DNA of 64,000 nucleotides from an uncultured delta proteobacterium (lineage in GTDB: Bacteria > Myxococcota > Myxococcia > Myxococcales > Myxococcaceae), in NCBI GenBank assembly GCA_963776345.1, contig CAVZMH010000013.1, positions 64,001 to 128,000 of the forward strand, given 5' to 3'. The notes beneath the pieces were generated by a model. That model made no database searches. It was not told the origin of the DNA and saw nothing but the letters and a program-made list of their open reading frames with translations. Position 1 is the stretch's first letter, and each line of letters opens with the position of its first letter. A program made the position numbers and the translations under genes. Below, one piece after another: positions 12,059 through 23,310 of this stretch.

Positions 12059-13242
12059 CCGCCGCCGCCGAGGAGCGTGCTCCGGTGGAGCTGCTTCGGG
12101 GGCGGCGCGGCGACACGCTCGTGCTCTCCATGCGCCGGGTGGCGGACGTGGTGGGCTACGTCGCGATGTACGAGTTCGAGGACCTGGTGCTCGAGCTCCT
12201 CGGCGGCGACCGGGCCGCGCCCCGGACCGAGGCGGCGCTGGAGCGCGGACGGCGCGCGTACAAGGCGGTGCGCCTGCTCACCGGCTCCCGCCGCCTGGCG
12301 ACGGCGCTCACCCCACCCGTGGGCAGCCGGCGGCTCGACCGCGACTACGAGCTCTTCCTCGCGGTCTTCAACCACCCCCACGAGCTCTTCAACCTCCACG
12401 CCCTCGCCGACTGGCGGGCCCGCTCGCGCTTCGCCGCCTGCTACATCTGCGAGGCCTGGGAGGCGCAGCTCCCGGCGTACCTGCTCGAGCTGCTGGCGCG
12501 GTTCGACCACGTCTTCCTCGGCGTCGACGGCGCGTGCGAGGCCGTGGCTCGCCTCACCGGACGGCCCTGCACCTACCTCCCCATGGGCGTGGACGCGCTC
12601 CGCTTCCTCCCCGCCTCGCCCTCGGCCCACCGGGGCATCGACGTGTGCGGCATCGGCCGCCGCTCGGCCGTCACCCACCGCGCCCTGCTGGCCTGGGCCG
12701 CGGGGTCGGACCGCTTCTACTTCTACGACACCATGCGCCGCGGCGGCCCGCTCGCCGCCACCACCTTCCACGTCATCGACCCGGCCGAGCACCGGCTGCT
12801 CTTCTCCAATCTCCTCAAGCGGAGCCGCTACTTCATCGCCAACCGCGCCTGGGCCGACCGTCCCTCCCTGACCCTGGGAAGGGACGAGATCGCCTCGCGC
12901 TTCTACGAGGGCGCGGCGGCGGGGACGGTGATGCTCGGGGACCCTCCGGACACCGACGACTTCCGGACCCAGTTCGACTGGCCGGACGCGGTGGTCCGCA
13001 CCCCGTTCGACGCGCCGGACATCGGCGCCACCATCGACGCGCTCGACGCCGACCCGGCCCGGCTGGAGCGCATCCGGCGCGCGGGGGTGGTGAACGCGCT
13101 CGGGCGGCACGACTGGTCCGACCGGCTCCAGCGCATCCTCCGCGTCGCCGGCGTCGCGCCCAGCCCGGAGCTCGAGGCCCGCCTCGCCCGGCTCTCGGCC
13201 CTGGCCGAGCGCTGGACGGTCCGCGCCGCCGGCGTCGGCTGA
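12055..13242 (+). CDS. GT-B glycosyltransferase (Glyco_trans_1_2/CgeB-like C-terminus)
   Basis: ATGA overlap with the upstream gene; IDVCGIGRR, SRFYEGAAAGTVMLG, HDWSDRLQRI. Confidence 0.75.
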   Translation: MTAAAEERAPVELLRGRRGDTLVLSMRRVADVVGYVAMYEFEDLVLELLGGDRAAPRTEAALERGRRAYKAVRLLTGSRRLATALTPPVGSRRLDRDYELFLAVFNHPHELFNLHALADWRARSRFAACYICEAWEAQLPAYLLELLARFDHVFLGVDGACEAVARLTGRPCTYLPMGVDALRFLPASPSAHRGIDVCGIGRRSAVTHRALLAWAAGSDRFYFYDTMRRGGPLAATTFHVIDPAEHRLLFSNLLKRSRYFIANRAWADRPSLTLGRDEIASRFYEGAAAGTVMLGDPPDTDDFRTQFDWPDAVVRTPFDAPDIGATIDALDADPARLERIRRAGVVNALGRHDWSDRLQRILRVAGVAPSPELEARLARLSALAERWTVRAAGVG

Positions 13243-13252
13243 CGTTTCGGCG

Positions 13253-14470
13253 TCAGGGCGGGCTGCCGAAGACGCGGTCGTACTGCGCCTCCAGCTCGGT
13301 TCGCCAGCCCTCCGCCGCCTCGAGCAGCGAGGCCCGGATCGCGTCGCGCCGGGCGTCGAGCGCCTCCAGCCGCTCGAGCACCCAGGCGACCTCCAGCGCC
13401 TCGAGCGGCCGGCTGTTCCCGGCGAGTCCGGCCGCCTCCATCAGGGCCTCGTTCTTCTCGTTGTACGAGAGGGAGACCACCGGACGGCCGAGCAGCAGCG
13501 CGAGCAGGACGTTGTGGAAGCGGCTGGCCACCACCAGATCGACGCCCGAGAGCTGGCGGAGCAGCGCCTCGAAGCTCTCGGCCGGGGTGTCCTCGACCGC
13601 GCCGGCCACCGAGGGCGCCCGCCGGGCGAGGACGGCGCGGAAGTCGGCCAGCACCGGCTCGTCGTAGGTGTTGTCCCCGATGAGCACCTGCACCCGGTCG
13701 CCCCGGGCCACCAGGCGCTCCACCAGCTCGGCCATCGCCTCGAGGTAGCCGCGGTAGGCCCGAGCATCCTCGTCCCCGCCGACTCCGCGGCTCCGGTAGT
13801 CGTAGAGGCCCACGCCGATGGTGCGCCCCTCGCCTCGGGGTTGCCGGCCGTCGCCGAGCAGCGCCCGGGGGAGGCTGAAGGCGAGGTCCGGGGCGAGCGG
13901 GTCGGCGGACGCCGGGATGCCGGCCTTCACCAGGCGCTCGCGGGACTGCCGGTCACGGTACGAGCGGTAGGAGGCGACGCCCAGGGCTCCCCGGACCAGG
14001 GCCCGGGTGAGCGGATGGCGGAGCGGCTCCACGCCCACGCCGAGGAACACCACCCGGCATCCGGTGAGGCGGGCGGCCAGGGCCCAGCGGAAGAGGTCCG
14101 CCGGAAGCCCGAGCGGCCCCTCGCCGACGTCGGTGAGCATCCCGGTGCCGGTCATGACCAGCGTGTCCAGCGTCCGGGTGCGGCGGATCGCCTCGGCCCA
14201 CTCCCGCCACTCACGGGCGGCGCGCCGGAGCAGCCTCCGGGGGAGGGACACCGGGGGCGACGGCGCGCCCGACCACGAGCGGAGCGAGGAGGCAGGAAGA
14301 CCGTGGCGCGGCCCGGCGTCCTCGGGGGCAGTGCACACCAGCCCGAGGCGCGCCCCGGGGCGGCGGCGACGGACCGCCTGCACCGCCGCGGCGAGCGTGA
14401 CCTCGTTGCCGAGGTTGTGGGTGCCGAAGTTTCCCCAGAAGGCCACGGCGTCTCGCGGTGCCCGTCTCAC
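13253..14470 (-). CDS. Polysaccharide pyruvyl transferase family protein
   Basis: GTG 14470 overlaps the upstream stop; WGNFGTHNLGNE, SYRDRQS, APDLAF, ASRFHN, SYNEK. Confidence 0.85.
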   Translation of the reverse strand: MRRAPRDAVAFWGNFGTHNLGNEVTLAAAVQAVRRRRPGARLGLVCTAPEDAGPRHGLPASSLRSWSGAPSPPVSLPRRLLRRAAREWREWAEAIRRTRTLDTLVMTGTGMLTDVGEGPLGLPADLFRWALAARLTGCRVVFLGVGVEPLRHPLTRALVRGALGVASYRSYRDRQSRERLVKAGIPASADPLAPDLAFSLPRALLGDGRQPRGEGRTIGVGLYDYRSRGVGGDEDARAYRGYLEAMAELVERLVARGDRVQVLIGDNTYDEPVLADFRAVLARRAPSVAGAVEDTPAESFEALLRQLSGVDLVVASRFHNVLLALLLGRPVVSLSYNEKNEALMEAAGLAGNSRPLEALEVAWVLERLEALDARRDAIRASLLEAAEGWRTELEAQYDRVFGSPP

Positions 14471-16357
14471 GTGGCCTCCAGGACGAGGAGCCAGTCGTCG
14501 TCCCCGGCCGCTCCGCCGGGCGTGGTGAACCAGGCGAGGCCCCGGTTGAGCACCTGGCCCACCGGCACCCAGTCTCCGGTGCCCGGTCTGAACCAGCGCG
14601 CGGTCGCCGGGCCGGCGAGCCCCGCGGTGTCCACCACGATGGACCGCGCGCGCCCCGGGGCCCGGGGGGACGTAGGCCAGGAGCAGGTCGCCCTCGCGCG
14701 TCGCGGCCGCCGCCACCCGCTCCTCGCTCCGCGCGAGCCCCTGCCCGGCGGTGACCAGCTGGCGCATGCCTCCGAGGCTCGAGGGGACGAGGCGCTGCCA
14801 GGGCAGCGCATCCAGCAGGCGCCCCAGCCGCTCCATGTCGCGGGTGGCCGGCGATGCGAGGCCCTCCTCCCAGCCCGGACCGAACAGCCACACCGGCCGG
14901 GAGCCGAACACCGCCCCCGCCGTGCAGGACAGGCTCGCCCAGAGCATCAGCGTCCGGACCGGGCCGCTGCTCCCCTGGACTGCCTCGTGCTCGTAGCCGG
15001 TCTCGGCGAGGTACGCGGGCAGCGCGGGCGCGCGGGCGTAGGCCCTGCGGCAGGCGAGGTAGGGCGTGCGGTACCAGTAGACCGAGTTCAGGTCCATCGC
15101 TCGAGCGAACGCCGCGTCGTCCAGCGAGTCACCGTTGGGACGGAAGTGGCCGGTCTGGAGCGCGTCGGGGTCCGCGTCGTGGAGGCCGTGCATCACCTCC
15201 AGCGCGCACCGCTCGAGCGGGCTGCCGGGCGGCGGCGTGCAGTCGCCGCCCTCCACCCAGATGACGTTGCGCTGCCCCCGGAACCGGGCGCCGACGAACC
15301 TTCCGTACGCGGCACAGGCGGCCGGCTCGGTGCGGGCCAGCTCCGCGGACCAGCCCTCGTTGGCGGGTGACGGAGTCGCTGGACAGCCGTAGCCGAGGTA
15401 CGCCGGGACGAGCAAGACCAGCATCCCGTGCCGCTCCGCGCGCCGGACGGTCTCCAGGGCAGCGTCGAAGTAGGCGTCCACCGGGTGGGCGAGCCCTCCC
15501 TCCGGCTGGAAGGGCGCCTCGCCCCGCCGGTTCCTCGGCGCGGCCACGGCGAAGCGGTGCTCGAGCAGGTTCACCAGGACGGTGTTGAACCCGCGGGCGG
15601 CGCGGTCGGCGAGGTAGCGCTCCGCCTCGGCATCGGTGAGGTTGGCCACCAGCGACCAGGCCGCGTCGCCCTGGATGCGGAACGGCCTGCCCGCGAAGTC
15701 GACCAGCGTCCGGTGGTCGGCGGACGCACGGAGCGGAAAGGCCGGCCGGGCCTCGACCGGCACCTCCGACACCACGCGCGCGCTCGCGGTTCGTCCGGCG
15801 AATCGCACCGTGACCTCGGTCGTTCCCGCGCCCTCGACCTCCAGGAAGCCCGCCAGCCCGGGGCGGAGCCGCGCCGTGCGGGGAGGGTCCACCTCCCAGG
15901 CCACCTCCGTGGACACGTCGCGCGCGCTCCCGTCGGGCAGCACCGCCCGGGCGCGAAAGGCGACCGCCCCTCCGGGCCGGGTTCTCGCCGCGGCGGGCAC
16001 GAGCGAGAGCGCGGCGGCGACCGGCGAGCCCACCGAGACCTCCACCGAGGCGCGTGCCTCGAGTCCGGCCCGGCGCGCCTCGACCACCACCGTGCCGGGC
16101 GCCGTCCCGCGCACGCCCCCTGCCCCGTCGAGGGCTGCGGGGCCCGAGACCAGGCTCCACCGCGCGCCGGCGGTCACCGTCTCCACCGCGCCGTCGCGGT
16201 GGGTGGCCAGCGCCTCCAGCTGCACCCGCTCGCCCACCCCGGCCGTGGCCCGGACCGGCTCGACCCCCAGGCGCACCACCGGCGGAAGCTCGCCAGAGCG
16301 TTCCCGGCAGCCCGCGAGCATGGAGAGGGCGAGGGCCAGGGCGGCCCGAGCCTTCAC
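14467..16357 (-). CDS. Lipoprotein with two Ig-like domains, a DUF4038 (GH140/apiosidase-like) domain and a C-terminal beta domain; +1 frameshift ~14650
   Basis: Lipobox LAGC; GRPFRIQGDAAWSL, RGFNTVLVNL, ETGYE. The tail ARWFRPGTG...DWLLVL is in the adjacent frame, so the fusion shown in the ORF track is an artefact. Confidence 0.7.
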
Positions 16358-17661
16358 ACCCGTCTCCGGAACACCGGCTGCACCGGCCGCCCCGCGAGGT
16401 GGCGCTCGATGCCCTCATCGAGCGCCCGCCGGTAGACCTCCAGCGCGCCGCTCACGCCCTCGACCGTCCGGCGGACCTCCTCCTCGCCGTGGCCGAGGTT
16501 GACCACCAGCGACGGCATGAGCAGTCCCCGGGCGATGGTCTCCTGGAGGAAGAGGGTCCGGAACGGCTGGGACGGCGCGCCCGAGGCGTCGCGGGTCGCG
16601 TACACCAGATTTGCCGGGTGCCCGAGCACTCCGAACGCCTTGCCCAACCCGAGGCGCTCCACCGCGGCCTGGATGCCGTCGCGCAGCGCCTCCCCGGCGC
16701 GGCGCAGCTGCGCGATGACCTCGTGCCGCTGGTAGGCGTCGATGGTGGCCACACACGCCGCCAGCCCGTGCGTCTCGGCGCCGTGGGTGGTGGAGAGGAG
16801 GAACACCCGGTCGCGGTCGGTGCGCAGCCCGCCGAGATCCATCAGCTCGCGCCGCCCCACCAGCGCGGAGACCGAGAAGCCGTTGGCCATGCCCTTGCCG
16901 AAGGTGGAGAGGTCGGGCCGGATGCCGTAGTGCGTCTGCGCGCCGCCGAGGTGCCAGCGGAACCCGGTGATCATCTCGTCGAGGACGAAGAGCGCGCCGT
17001 GGGCGTGCACGAGGTCGATCGCCGCCTGGAGGAAGCCCGGCTTCGGCTCCACCGCGGTCGCCGCCTCCATCATCACGCAGGCGATGCGCCCGGGATGCTC
17101 GGCGAACAGCGCCTCGAGGCTGGCCAGGTCGTTGTAGTGGAACCGGAGCGTCATCTCCGAGATGGCCCGGGGGATGCCGGCGTCCATCGGGGTGGTGCCG
17201 ATGAACCAGTCGTCGGTGGAAAAGAAGGGGTGCTCGAAGGGGACCGCCACCAGGTCGCGGCCGGTCCAGGCCCGGGCCAGCTTCACCGCGGCGGTGGTGA
17301 CGTCGGAGCCGTTCTTGGCGAACTTCACCATCTCCGCGCCGGGGATGATGGAGAGGAAGCGTTCGGCGGCCTCGACCTCCAGCGCCGCCGGCCGAACGAA
17401 GTTCGTCCCGTTCCGCATCGCCCGGAGCGCCGCCTCCACCACCGGGGCGAAACCGTGCCCCAGCGTCACCGAGCGCAGGCCGGCCCCGTACTCGATGAAC
17501 TCGTTCCCGTCCACGTCCCAGACGTGGCTGCCCGCGCCGCGGGCGATGAAGCCCGGCGCCTCCAGCGGGTACTGGTCGTCTCCCTTGGCGTAGGTGTGAG
17601 CGCCGCCGGGGACCAGCTGGTGCGCCCGCTCCCTCAGCCTCCTGCTGTTCTCGAAGCTCAT
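16354..17661 (-). CDS. Class III PLP aminotransferase (GSA-aminomutase-like), probably acting on a sugar nucleotide
   Basis: PGGAHTYAKG, WDVDGNEFIEY, KFAKNGSD, LDEMITGFR, TFGKGMANG. Confidence 0.85.
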   Translation of the reverse strand: MSFENSRRLRERAHQLVPGGAHTYAKGDDQYPLEAPGFIARGAGSHVWDVDGNEFIEYGAGLRSVTLGHGFAPVVEAALRAMRNGTNFVRPAALEVEAAERFLSIIPGAEMVKFAKNGSDVTTAAVKLARAWTGRDLVAVPFEHPFFSTDDWFIGTTPMDAGIPRAISEMTLRFHYNDLASLEALFAEHPGRIACVMMEAATAVEPKPGFLQAAIDLVHAHGALFVLDEMITGFRWHLGGAQTHYGIRPDLSTFGKGMANGFSVSALVGRRELMDLGGLRTDRDRVFLLSTTHGAETHGLAACVATIDAYQRHEVIAQLRRAGEALRDGIQAAVERLGLGKAFGVLGHPANLVYATRDASGAPSQPFRTLFLQETIARGLLMPSLVVNLGHGEEEVRRTVEGVSGALEVYRRALDEGIERHLAGRPVQPVFRRRV

Positions 17662-18335
17662 CGCCGTCTTCCCTCGCCTCCGGAGAGGACGATCTTCCGT
17701 CCGTAGAAGGCCTCGGCGTGACCGCCCGGGGCGCCCGCCTCCACGCCGCGGAGCCGCATCAGCCCGCGGAAGGCGTCCTCGCTGAACCAGCGCCGGTCAC
17801 GCTGACTGCCGAAGCACGACTCGAGGAGGGAGATCTTCCTGCGGATCAGCGCCGGCGGGAGCGGCACGAAGACGTTGGGCCGGCCGAGGTCTCCGTCGAT
17901 CTTGAGGATCTCGTACTCGAGGATCAGATGGTCGCGGAAGGTGTTGTAGGTGAGCTCGGAGACCAGCCGGTGGTCCTGGTGCCGGTCCTCCCGGTAGTGG
18001 GTGAGGACCAGATCCGGGGAGACCTCGCGCTTGAGCTGCTCGAAGAACTCCTTGATGCCCACCGCGACGTAGGGGAAGAAGCCGTCGCGGAAGGCCTGCT
18101 GCACCACCCGGGCTCCGGGATGCTTGCCCAGGACCCGGGCCGCGCCACGCCGGGCCTCGCGGGCCCGCTGGGCGTTCCCGGAGAGCACCACCCAGGTGAT
18201 GCGCCGGACCGGCGCCTCGGCGAGGAGCCGCATCACCGTTCCCGAGCAGCCCAGCTCCAGGTCATCGCTGTGCGCGCCCAGGCACAGCAGCTCGTATCCA
18301 GCCCTCGGCGGGGGGCCGAGGCCCAGCCCCAGCAT
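17658..18335 (-). CDS. PIG-L/LmbE family deacetylase
   Basis: GAHSDDLELG and DRHQDH motifs; TGATG coupling to rfbF. Confidence 0.88.
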   Translation of the reverse strand: MLGLGLGPPPRAGYELLCLGAHSDDLELGCSGTVMRLLAEAPVRRITWVVLSGNAQRAREARRGAARVLGKHPGARVVQQAFRDGFFPYVAVGIKEFFEQLKREVSPDLVLTHYREDRHQDHRLVSELTYNTFRDHLILEYEILKIDGDLGRPNVFVPLPPALIRRKISLLESCFGSQRDRRWFSEDAFRGLMRLRGVEAGAPGGHAEAFYGRKIVLSGGEGRRR

Positions 18336-19135
18336 CACCCTGCGCTCGCCTCTCGCTGCGGAGCCGACTTCCACACCTCCCACGGCGCGCGGCCGGAGTT
18401 GCAGAGGTCGGTCAGCTCCTGCTGCTCCTTGAAGGTGTCCATGCACCAGAAGCGGTCCCAGCGGTAAGCCATCAGCTTGTGCGCGGCGATGAGCCTCCCG
18501 AAGGGCGCGAGCACCAGCTCCTCGCCGGGCCGGATGTACTCGAAGACCTCTCTCCGCAGGGCGAAGAACCCGGCGTTGATCAGGAGGTCCGTGTCGCGCA
18601 CCGGCTGGATCCCGGTCACCTCACCCTCCGGCCCCATCTTCACCACGTGGAAGCTCTGCGAGGGCGGACTGGCGACGAAGGCCGCCACGCTGGACGAGGC
18701 CCGGAAGGTGGACACCATCCGGTCGAGATCCATGTCGGTCAGGCCGTCGGAGTAGTTGGCGAGGAACATCTCGTCGCCCTCGACGTAGCGGCGAACCGCG
18801 GAGAGCCGCTGCCCGATGTTGGAGTGCAGCCCGGTGTCGACGAAGGTGATGTTCCAGTCCTCGATGTCACTCCGCTCCAGCGCCAGCTCCTTCCCGCCAC
18901 GGCGGAGGGTGAAGTCGTTGGAGATCCATTCCTCGTAATTCAAAAAGAATTGCTTGATGACGTCGGCCTTGTACCCGAGGCAGAGGACGAAATCCTTGTG
19001 TCCGAAGTGGGCGTAGTACTTCATCAGGTGCCAGAGGATCGGCCGGTAGCCGATCTTCACCATCGGCTTTGGGATCTCTCCGGTGAGCTCGCGGAGACGC
19101 GTGCCCAAACCACCACAGAACAGAACCACCTTCAT
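18335..19135 (-). CDS. rfbF: Glucose-1-phosphate cytidylyltransferase
   Basis: MKVVLFCGGLGTRL, PKPMV, LCLGYK, VDTG, NYSDG, INAGFF, CMDTFKE. Confidence 0.88.
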   Translation of the reverse strand: MKVVLFCGGLGTRLRELTGEIPKPMVKIGYRPILWHLMKYYAHFGHKDFVLCLGYKADVIKQFFLNYEEWISNDFTLRRGGKELALERSDIEDWNITFVDTGLHSNIGQRLSAVRRYVEGDEMFLANYSDGLTDMDLDRMVSTFRASSSVAAFVASPPSQSFHVVKMGPEGEVTGIQPVRDTDLLINAGFFALRREVFEYIRPGEELVLAPFGRLIAAHKLMAYRWDRFWCMDTFKEQQELTDLCNSGRAPWEVWKSAPQREASAG

Positions 19136-19401
19136 CGCCGATGCACCTCCCCCGGGATCGGACCCGGGGTCGCTCTGTCGAGAATCGTCAAGACGCCAGG
19201 AGCCCGGACCGGACCACACCTCGCACCGCGCCCGTGATCTCGTCCCGGAACCCGGCCCGTGCACGCGGCAGATTCGGCCCTCGGGGCACTGCGACGCAAG
19301 CGACGACTTCGCGCGGGTGACGGGTGACCGGGGGTCTCGGGTGACCGCACCCCCGGTACCGATCCGACCGCATCCGCGGCGTGGTACTCAGAGCACCGCG
19401 C

Positions 19402-20934
19402 ATGACCGCCGCTGTCGACACGCCTCCGGGGGGAGCACCGTCCGCTCAGCCGGCCTCCAGCGCCTCGCTGGCCCGGAACGCCTTTCACCTCGTCGCCGGC
19501 CAGGCGGCGACGATGGTCCTGGGCATCCTCTTCAGCGCCGCGCTCGGCCGCACGCTCGGCGCCGGGGACTTCGGCCTCTACTTCCTCATCAGCTCCTTCA
19601 GCACCTTCGCCCTGGTCCTGGTGGACTGGGGACAGCAGTACTTCGGCATCCGCGAGGTGGCGCGGACCCCCGAGCGCGGCCCCGAGCTGCTCGGCACGGG
19701 GCTCCTGCTCCGCGCGCTGGGCACGGGGCTGGTCGCCATCCCCGCCGGGCTCACCGCCTGGGCGCTCGGATACGACGGCCGCACCATCGCCTTCTCCGTC
19801 GCCTTCATCGTCCTGAACCTTCCCTTCTTCCTCGCCCAGGGGTTCGGCATCGTCTTCCGCGGCCGGGACCGCATGGGGCTCGACGCCACGGTGTCGGTGG
19901 TGAACCGGGCGGCGGGGCTGCTCCTGGCGGTCCTCGCGCTCTGGCTCGGCCTGGGCCTCGGGGGGGTGGTCGTCGCCCAGGGCCTGGCCGGCGCCGCCGC
20001 GCTGCTCGCCGCGATGCTCCTCTACCGGCGGCTCGGCGGAGGTCGCCTGCGCGTCTCCAGGGCCACCGCCCGGGAGATCCTGGTCGGGGGCACGGCCATC
20101 GTCGCCATCGGGCTCGCGGTGTACGTGCAGCCCTACCTGGACGCGGTGCTCCTCTCCAAGATGGTGCCCACTCACGTGGTCGGCTGGTACGGGGCGGCCA
20201 AGACCATCATGGGGACCCTGCTCGCCCCCTCGCTCATCCTCGGGGCCGCGGCCTATCCGCGGCTGTCCAGGGCGGCGGTGGACCGGAACCTCTTCCGCCG
20301 CGAGTTCGCCACCGCCCAGCGCCCGATGCTCTGGCTCGGTGGCCTGGGCAGCGTGGGCACCTGGATGTTCGCCGACTTCGCGATCAACCTGGTCTACGGG
20401 CACCGGGGCTTCGGACCGGCGGCGCTGGTGCTCAAGATCTACGGGCTGGCGATGTTCCTGGTCTTCGTCGACGTCCTGATCGGGACCGCGCTCACCGCCG
20501 TGGGGAAGGCCACGCCCTTCGCCGTGGTCAAGGTGGCCAGCGTGCTCCTCGCGGTGCCGCTGGAGGTGCTGTTCATCCCGCGGTTCCAGGCGCGGCTCGG
20601 CAACGGCGGGGTGGGCGTGACGCTCGCCGCGGCGATCAGCGAGCTGGTGATGTTCGCCGGAGGGCTGGCCCTGATGCCCCGGGGCTCGGTGGGCCGGGCA
20701 GTGTTCCTCGACGGCGCCCGGGCGCTGGGGGCCGCGGCCGGGACCGGGGTGGTGGTCCACCTCGCCGCGCCGTTCGGCCCCTGGGCGGGCATCCCGATCT
20801 GCATCCTCTCCTTCACCCTGCTCTCGCTCGCCACCGGCCTCCTGCGCCGGGACGACCTTCGGTTCTTCCGGGAACTCCTCGGACGGGCCCCCTCTCCTCC
20901 TCTGGCCGGCGCCGAGGCGGTGGGTTCCAAGTAG
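19402..20934 (+). CDS. wzx: Wzx flippase (MOP/PST family)
   Basis: [23 protein letters not shown]; about 12-14 hydrophobic segments. Confidence 0.88.
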   Translation: MTAAVDTPPGGAPSAQPASSASLARNAFHLVAGQAATMVLGILFSAALGRTLGAGDFGLYFLISSFSTFALVLVDWGQQYFGIREVARTPERGPELLGTGLLLRALGTGLVAIPAGLTAWALGYDGRTIAFSVAFIVLNLPFFLAQGFGIVFRGRDRMGLDATVSVVNRAAGLLLAVLALWLGLGLGGVVVAQGLAGAAALLAAMLLYRRLGGGRLRVSRATAREILVGGTAIVAIGLAVYVQPYLDAVLLSKMVPTHVVGWYGAAKTIMGTLLAPSLILGAAAYPRLSRAAVDRNLFRREFATAQRPMLWLGGLGSVGTWMFADFAINLVYGHRGFGPAALVLKIYGLAMFLVFVDVLIGTALTAVGKATPFAVVKVASVLLAVPLEVLFIPRFQARLGNGGVGVTLAAAISELVMFAGGLALMPRGSVGRAVFLDGARALGAAAGTGVVVHLAAPFGPWAGIPICILSFTLLSLATGLLRRDDLRFFRELLGRAPSPPLAGAEAVGSK

Positions 20935-20965
20935 CGGGCGCCGCCTTGTTGCCGGAGCACATGCA

Positions 20966-22006
20966 ATGAAGATCCTCCTCACCGGAAGCCGCGGCTACAT
21001 CGGGACAGTCATGGGTCCCTTCCTCCAGGCTGCGGGGCACGAGGTCCGGGGCATCGACTCCGACCTCTACCGCCGCTCCACGTTCGGCAGCTGGAAGGAG
21101 ACCGTCCCCACCATGGTGAAGGACATCCGCGAGGTCCAGCCGGCCGACCTCCGCGGACTCGACGCGGTGGTGCACCTGGCGGCGCTCTCCAACGACCCGC
21201 TGGGCAATCTGAACCCCCAGCTCACCTACGACATCAACCACCTGGCCTCGGTCCACCTGGCCGAGGTGGCGCGGGCCGCGGGCGTGCAGCGCTTCGCGTT
21301 CGCCTCCTCGTGCAGCAACTACGGGGCGGCGGGCGACGCACCGGTGAACGAGGAGTCGGAGCTGAACCCGGTCACCGCCTACGGCGAGTCCAAGGTCCGG
21401 GTGGAGCGTGACGTGGCCCGGCTGGCCACCGACGACTTCTCGCCGGTGTTCCTCCGCTGCGCCACTGCCTACGGGGTCTCGCCCCGGCTGCGCTTCGACA
21501 TCGTGCTCAACAACCTGGTGGCCTGGGCCTACACCGCCGGCAAGGTGCTGCTGAAGAGCGACGGGACCCCGTGGCGCCCCATCGTGCACATCGAGGACAT
21601 CTCCCGCGCCTTCCTCGCCGTGCTCGGCGTGCCCCGGGAGCGCATCCACGGCCAGGCCTTCAACGTGGGCCGCAACGACCAGAACTACCGCATCCGCGAC
21701 ATCGCCCAGATCGTGAAGGAGACGGTCCCCGGCTCCGAGGTGCAGTTCGCCGAGGGCGCGGGCCCCGACAAGCGGAACTACCGCGCCGACTTCTCGAAGA
21801 TCGCCCGGCTCCTCCCGGAGTTCCGGCCCGAGTGGGACGCCCGCCGCGGGGCCCAGCAGCTCTACCGGGCCTACAAGGAGGTCGGGCTGGTCCTCGAGGA
21901 CTTCGAGGGGCCGCGGTACCGGCGCATCGATCAGATCAAGCAGCTCCTCGCCGCGGGCAACCTCGCCCCCGACCTTCGCTGGCTGCGCGAGCCGGTGGCG
22001 GCCTGA
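20966..22006 (+). CDS. Extended SDR NDP-sugar epimerase/dehydratase
   Basis: [30 protein letters not shown]. Confidence 0.9.
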   Translation: MKILLTGSRGYIGTVMGPFLQAAGHEVRGIDSDLYRRSTFGSWKETVPTMVKDIREVQPADLRGLDAVVHLAALSNDPLGNLNPQLTYDINHLASVHLAEVARAAGVQRFAFASSCSNYGAAGDAPVNEESELNPVTAYGESKVRVERDVARLATDDFSPVFLRCATAYGVSPRLRFDIVLNNLVAWAYTAGKVLLKSDGTPWRPIVHIEDISRAFLAVLGVPRERIHGQAFNVGRNDQNYRIRDIAQIVKETVPGSEVQFAEGAGPDKRNYRADFSKIARLLPEFRPEWDARRGAQQLYRAYKEVGLVLEDFEGPRYRRIDQIKQLLAAGNLAPDLRWLREPVAA

Positions 22007-22035
22007 GCGCTCCCCAGAGGAACCGAGACATCCCG

Positions 22036-23301
22036 ATGAGCTCCACCACACTCGAGAACACCCCGCCCCCCCGCCGCGGGTGCCTGGCCTGCAACCGGCC
22101 GCTCCGCCACACCTTCGTCGACCTGGGCATGTCGCCCCTCTGCGAGAGCTACGTCCCGGCCGAGAAGCTGGACGCGATGGAGCCCTTCTACCCGCTCCAC
22201 GTCTACGTCTGCGACGGGTGCTTCCTGGTCCAGCTCCAGGAATTCGTCAGCCCCGAGCACATCTTCACCGAGTACGCCTACTTCTCCTCGTACGCCGACA
22301 GCTGGGTGGACCACATGCGGCGGTACGCCGAGACGATCTCGGACCGTCTGTCTCTCGGCAAGGACAGCTTCGTGGTGGAGGTGGCGAGCAACGACGGCTA
22401 CCTGCTCCAGCACTTCGTTCGCCTGGGCATCCCGGTGCTGGGCATCGAGCCCGCGGCCAACGTGGCCAAGGTGGCGATCGACAAGGGCATCCCCACCCTG
22501 GTGAAGTTCTTCGGCGAGGCGACCGCGCGCAGCGTCCTCGAGCAGAGCGGCCCGGCCGACCTCATCTGCGGGGCCAACGTGCTGGCCCAGGTGCCGGACC
22601 CCAACGACTTCGTCCGCGGCCTGAAGACGCTCCTCCGGGCGGGCGGGGTGGTGACCATCGAGTTCCCCCATCTCATGCGGCTGATGGCGGAGAACCAGTT
22701 CGACACCATCTACCACGAGCACTTCTCGTACTTCTCCTTCCTCAGCGCCGAGTACATCTTCGCCGCGCAAGGCCTGACGCTCTTCGACGTGGAGGAGCTC
22801 CCCACCCACGGCGGTTCTCTCCGGGTCTACGCCCGGCACGCCGAGGACACCGCGCGGCCGATGACCGAGCGGGCCCGGGCGCTGCGGCAGCGGGAGGTGG
22901 ACGCCGGGCTGCTGAAGCTCGAGACCTACGCCGGCTTCGGCGAGCAGGTGAAGGAGACCAAGCGCAAGCTGCTCCAGTTCCTCATCGACGCCCGGCGCGC
23001 CGGGAAGACGGTGGTGGGCTACGGCGCTCCCGGCAAGGGCAACACCCTGCTCAACTACTGCGGCATCCGGACCGACTTCCTCGACTTCACCGTGGACCGC
23101 AGTCCGTACAAGCAGGGCAAGTTCCTCCCCGGCACGCACATCCCCATCTTCGCCCCGGACCGCATCCGCGAGGTGCGCCCGGACTACGTGCTCATCCTTC
23201 CCTGGAACTTCCAGGAGGAGATCGTCAAGCAGATGGCGGAGGTGCGGAGCTGGGGCGGGAAGTTCGTGGTTCCGATCCCGGCGGTGAAGGTGCTCGACTA
23301 G
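22036..23301 (+). CDS. NDP-hexose C-methyltransferase (Zn-binding N-terminus, SAM domain)
   Basis: CLAC...CDGCFLVQL, EVASNDGYLL, FDTIYHEH, THGGSLR, GYGAPGKGNT. Confidence 0.9.
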   Translation: MSSTTLENTPPPRRGCLACNRPLRHTFVDLGMSPLCESYVPAEKLDAMEPFYPLHVYVCDGCFLVQLQEFVSPEHIFTEYAYFSSYADSWVDHMRRYAETISDRLSLGKDSFVVEVASNDGYLLQHFVRLGIPVLGIEPAANVAKVAIDKGIPTLVKFFGEATARSVLEQSGPADLICGANVLAQVPDPNDFVRGLKTLLRAGGVVTIEFPHLMRLMAENQFDTIYHEHFSYFSFLSAEYIFAAQGLTLFDVEELPTHGGSLRVYARHAEDTARPMTERARALRQREVDAGLLKLETYAGFGEQVKETKRKLLQFLIDARRAGKTVVGYGAPGKGNTLLNYCGIRTDFLDFTVDRSPYKQGKFLPGTHIPIFAPDRIREVRPDYVLILPWNFQEEIVKQMAEVRSWGGKFVVPIPAVKVLD

Positions 23302-23310
23302 GCCCACCCG

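Noticed and set aside
13253..16357. 1034-aa DUF4038-pyruvyltransferase fusion in the ORF track
   Set aside because: It arises from a +1 frameshift near 14650. The natural C-terminus and stop (14467) are in another frame, overlapping a GTG start at 14470.
16354..17661. Calling this gene hemL
   Set aside because: The fold matches but it is coupled to sugar-nucleotide genes; a tetrapyrrole role is unsupported.
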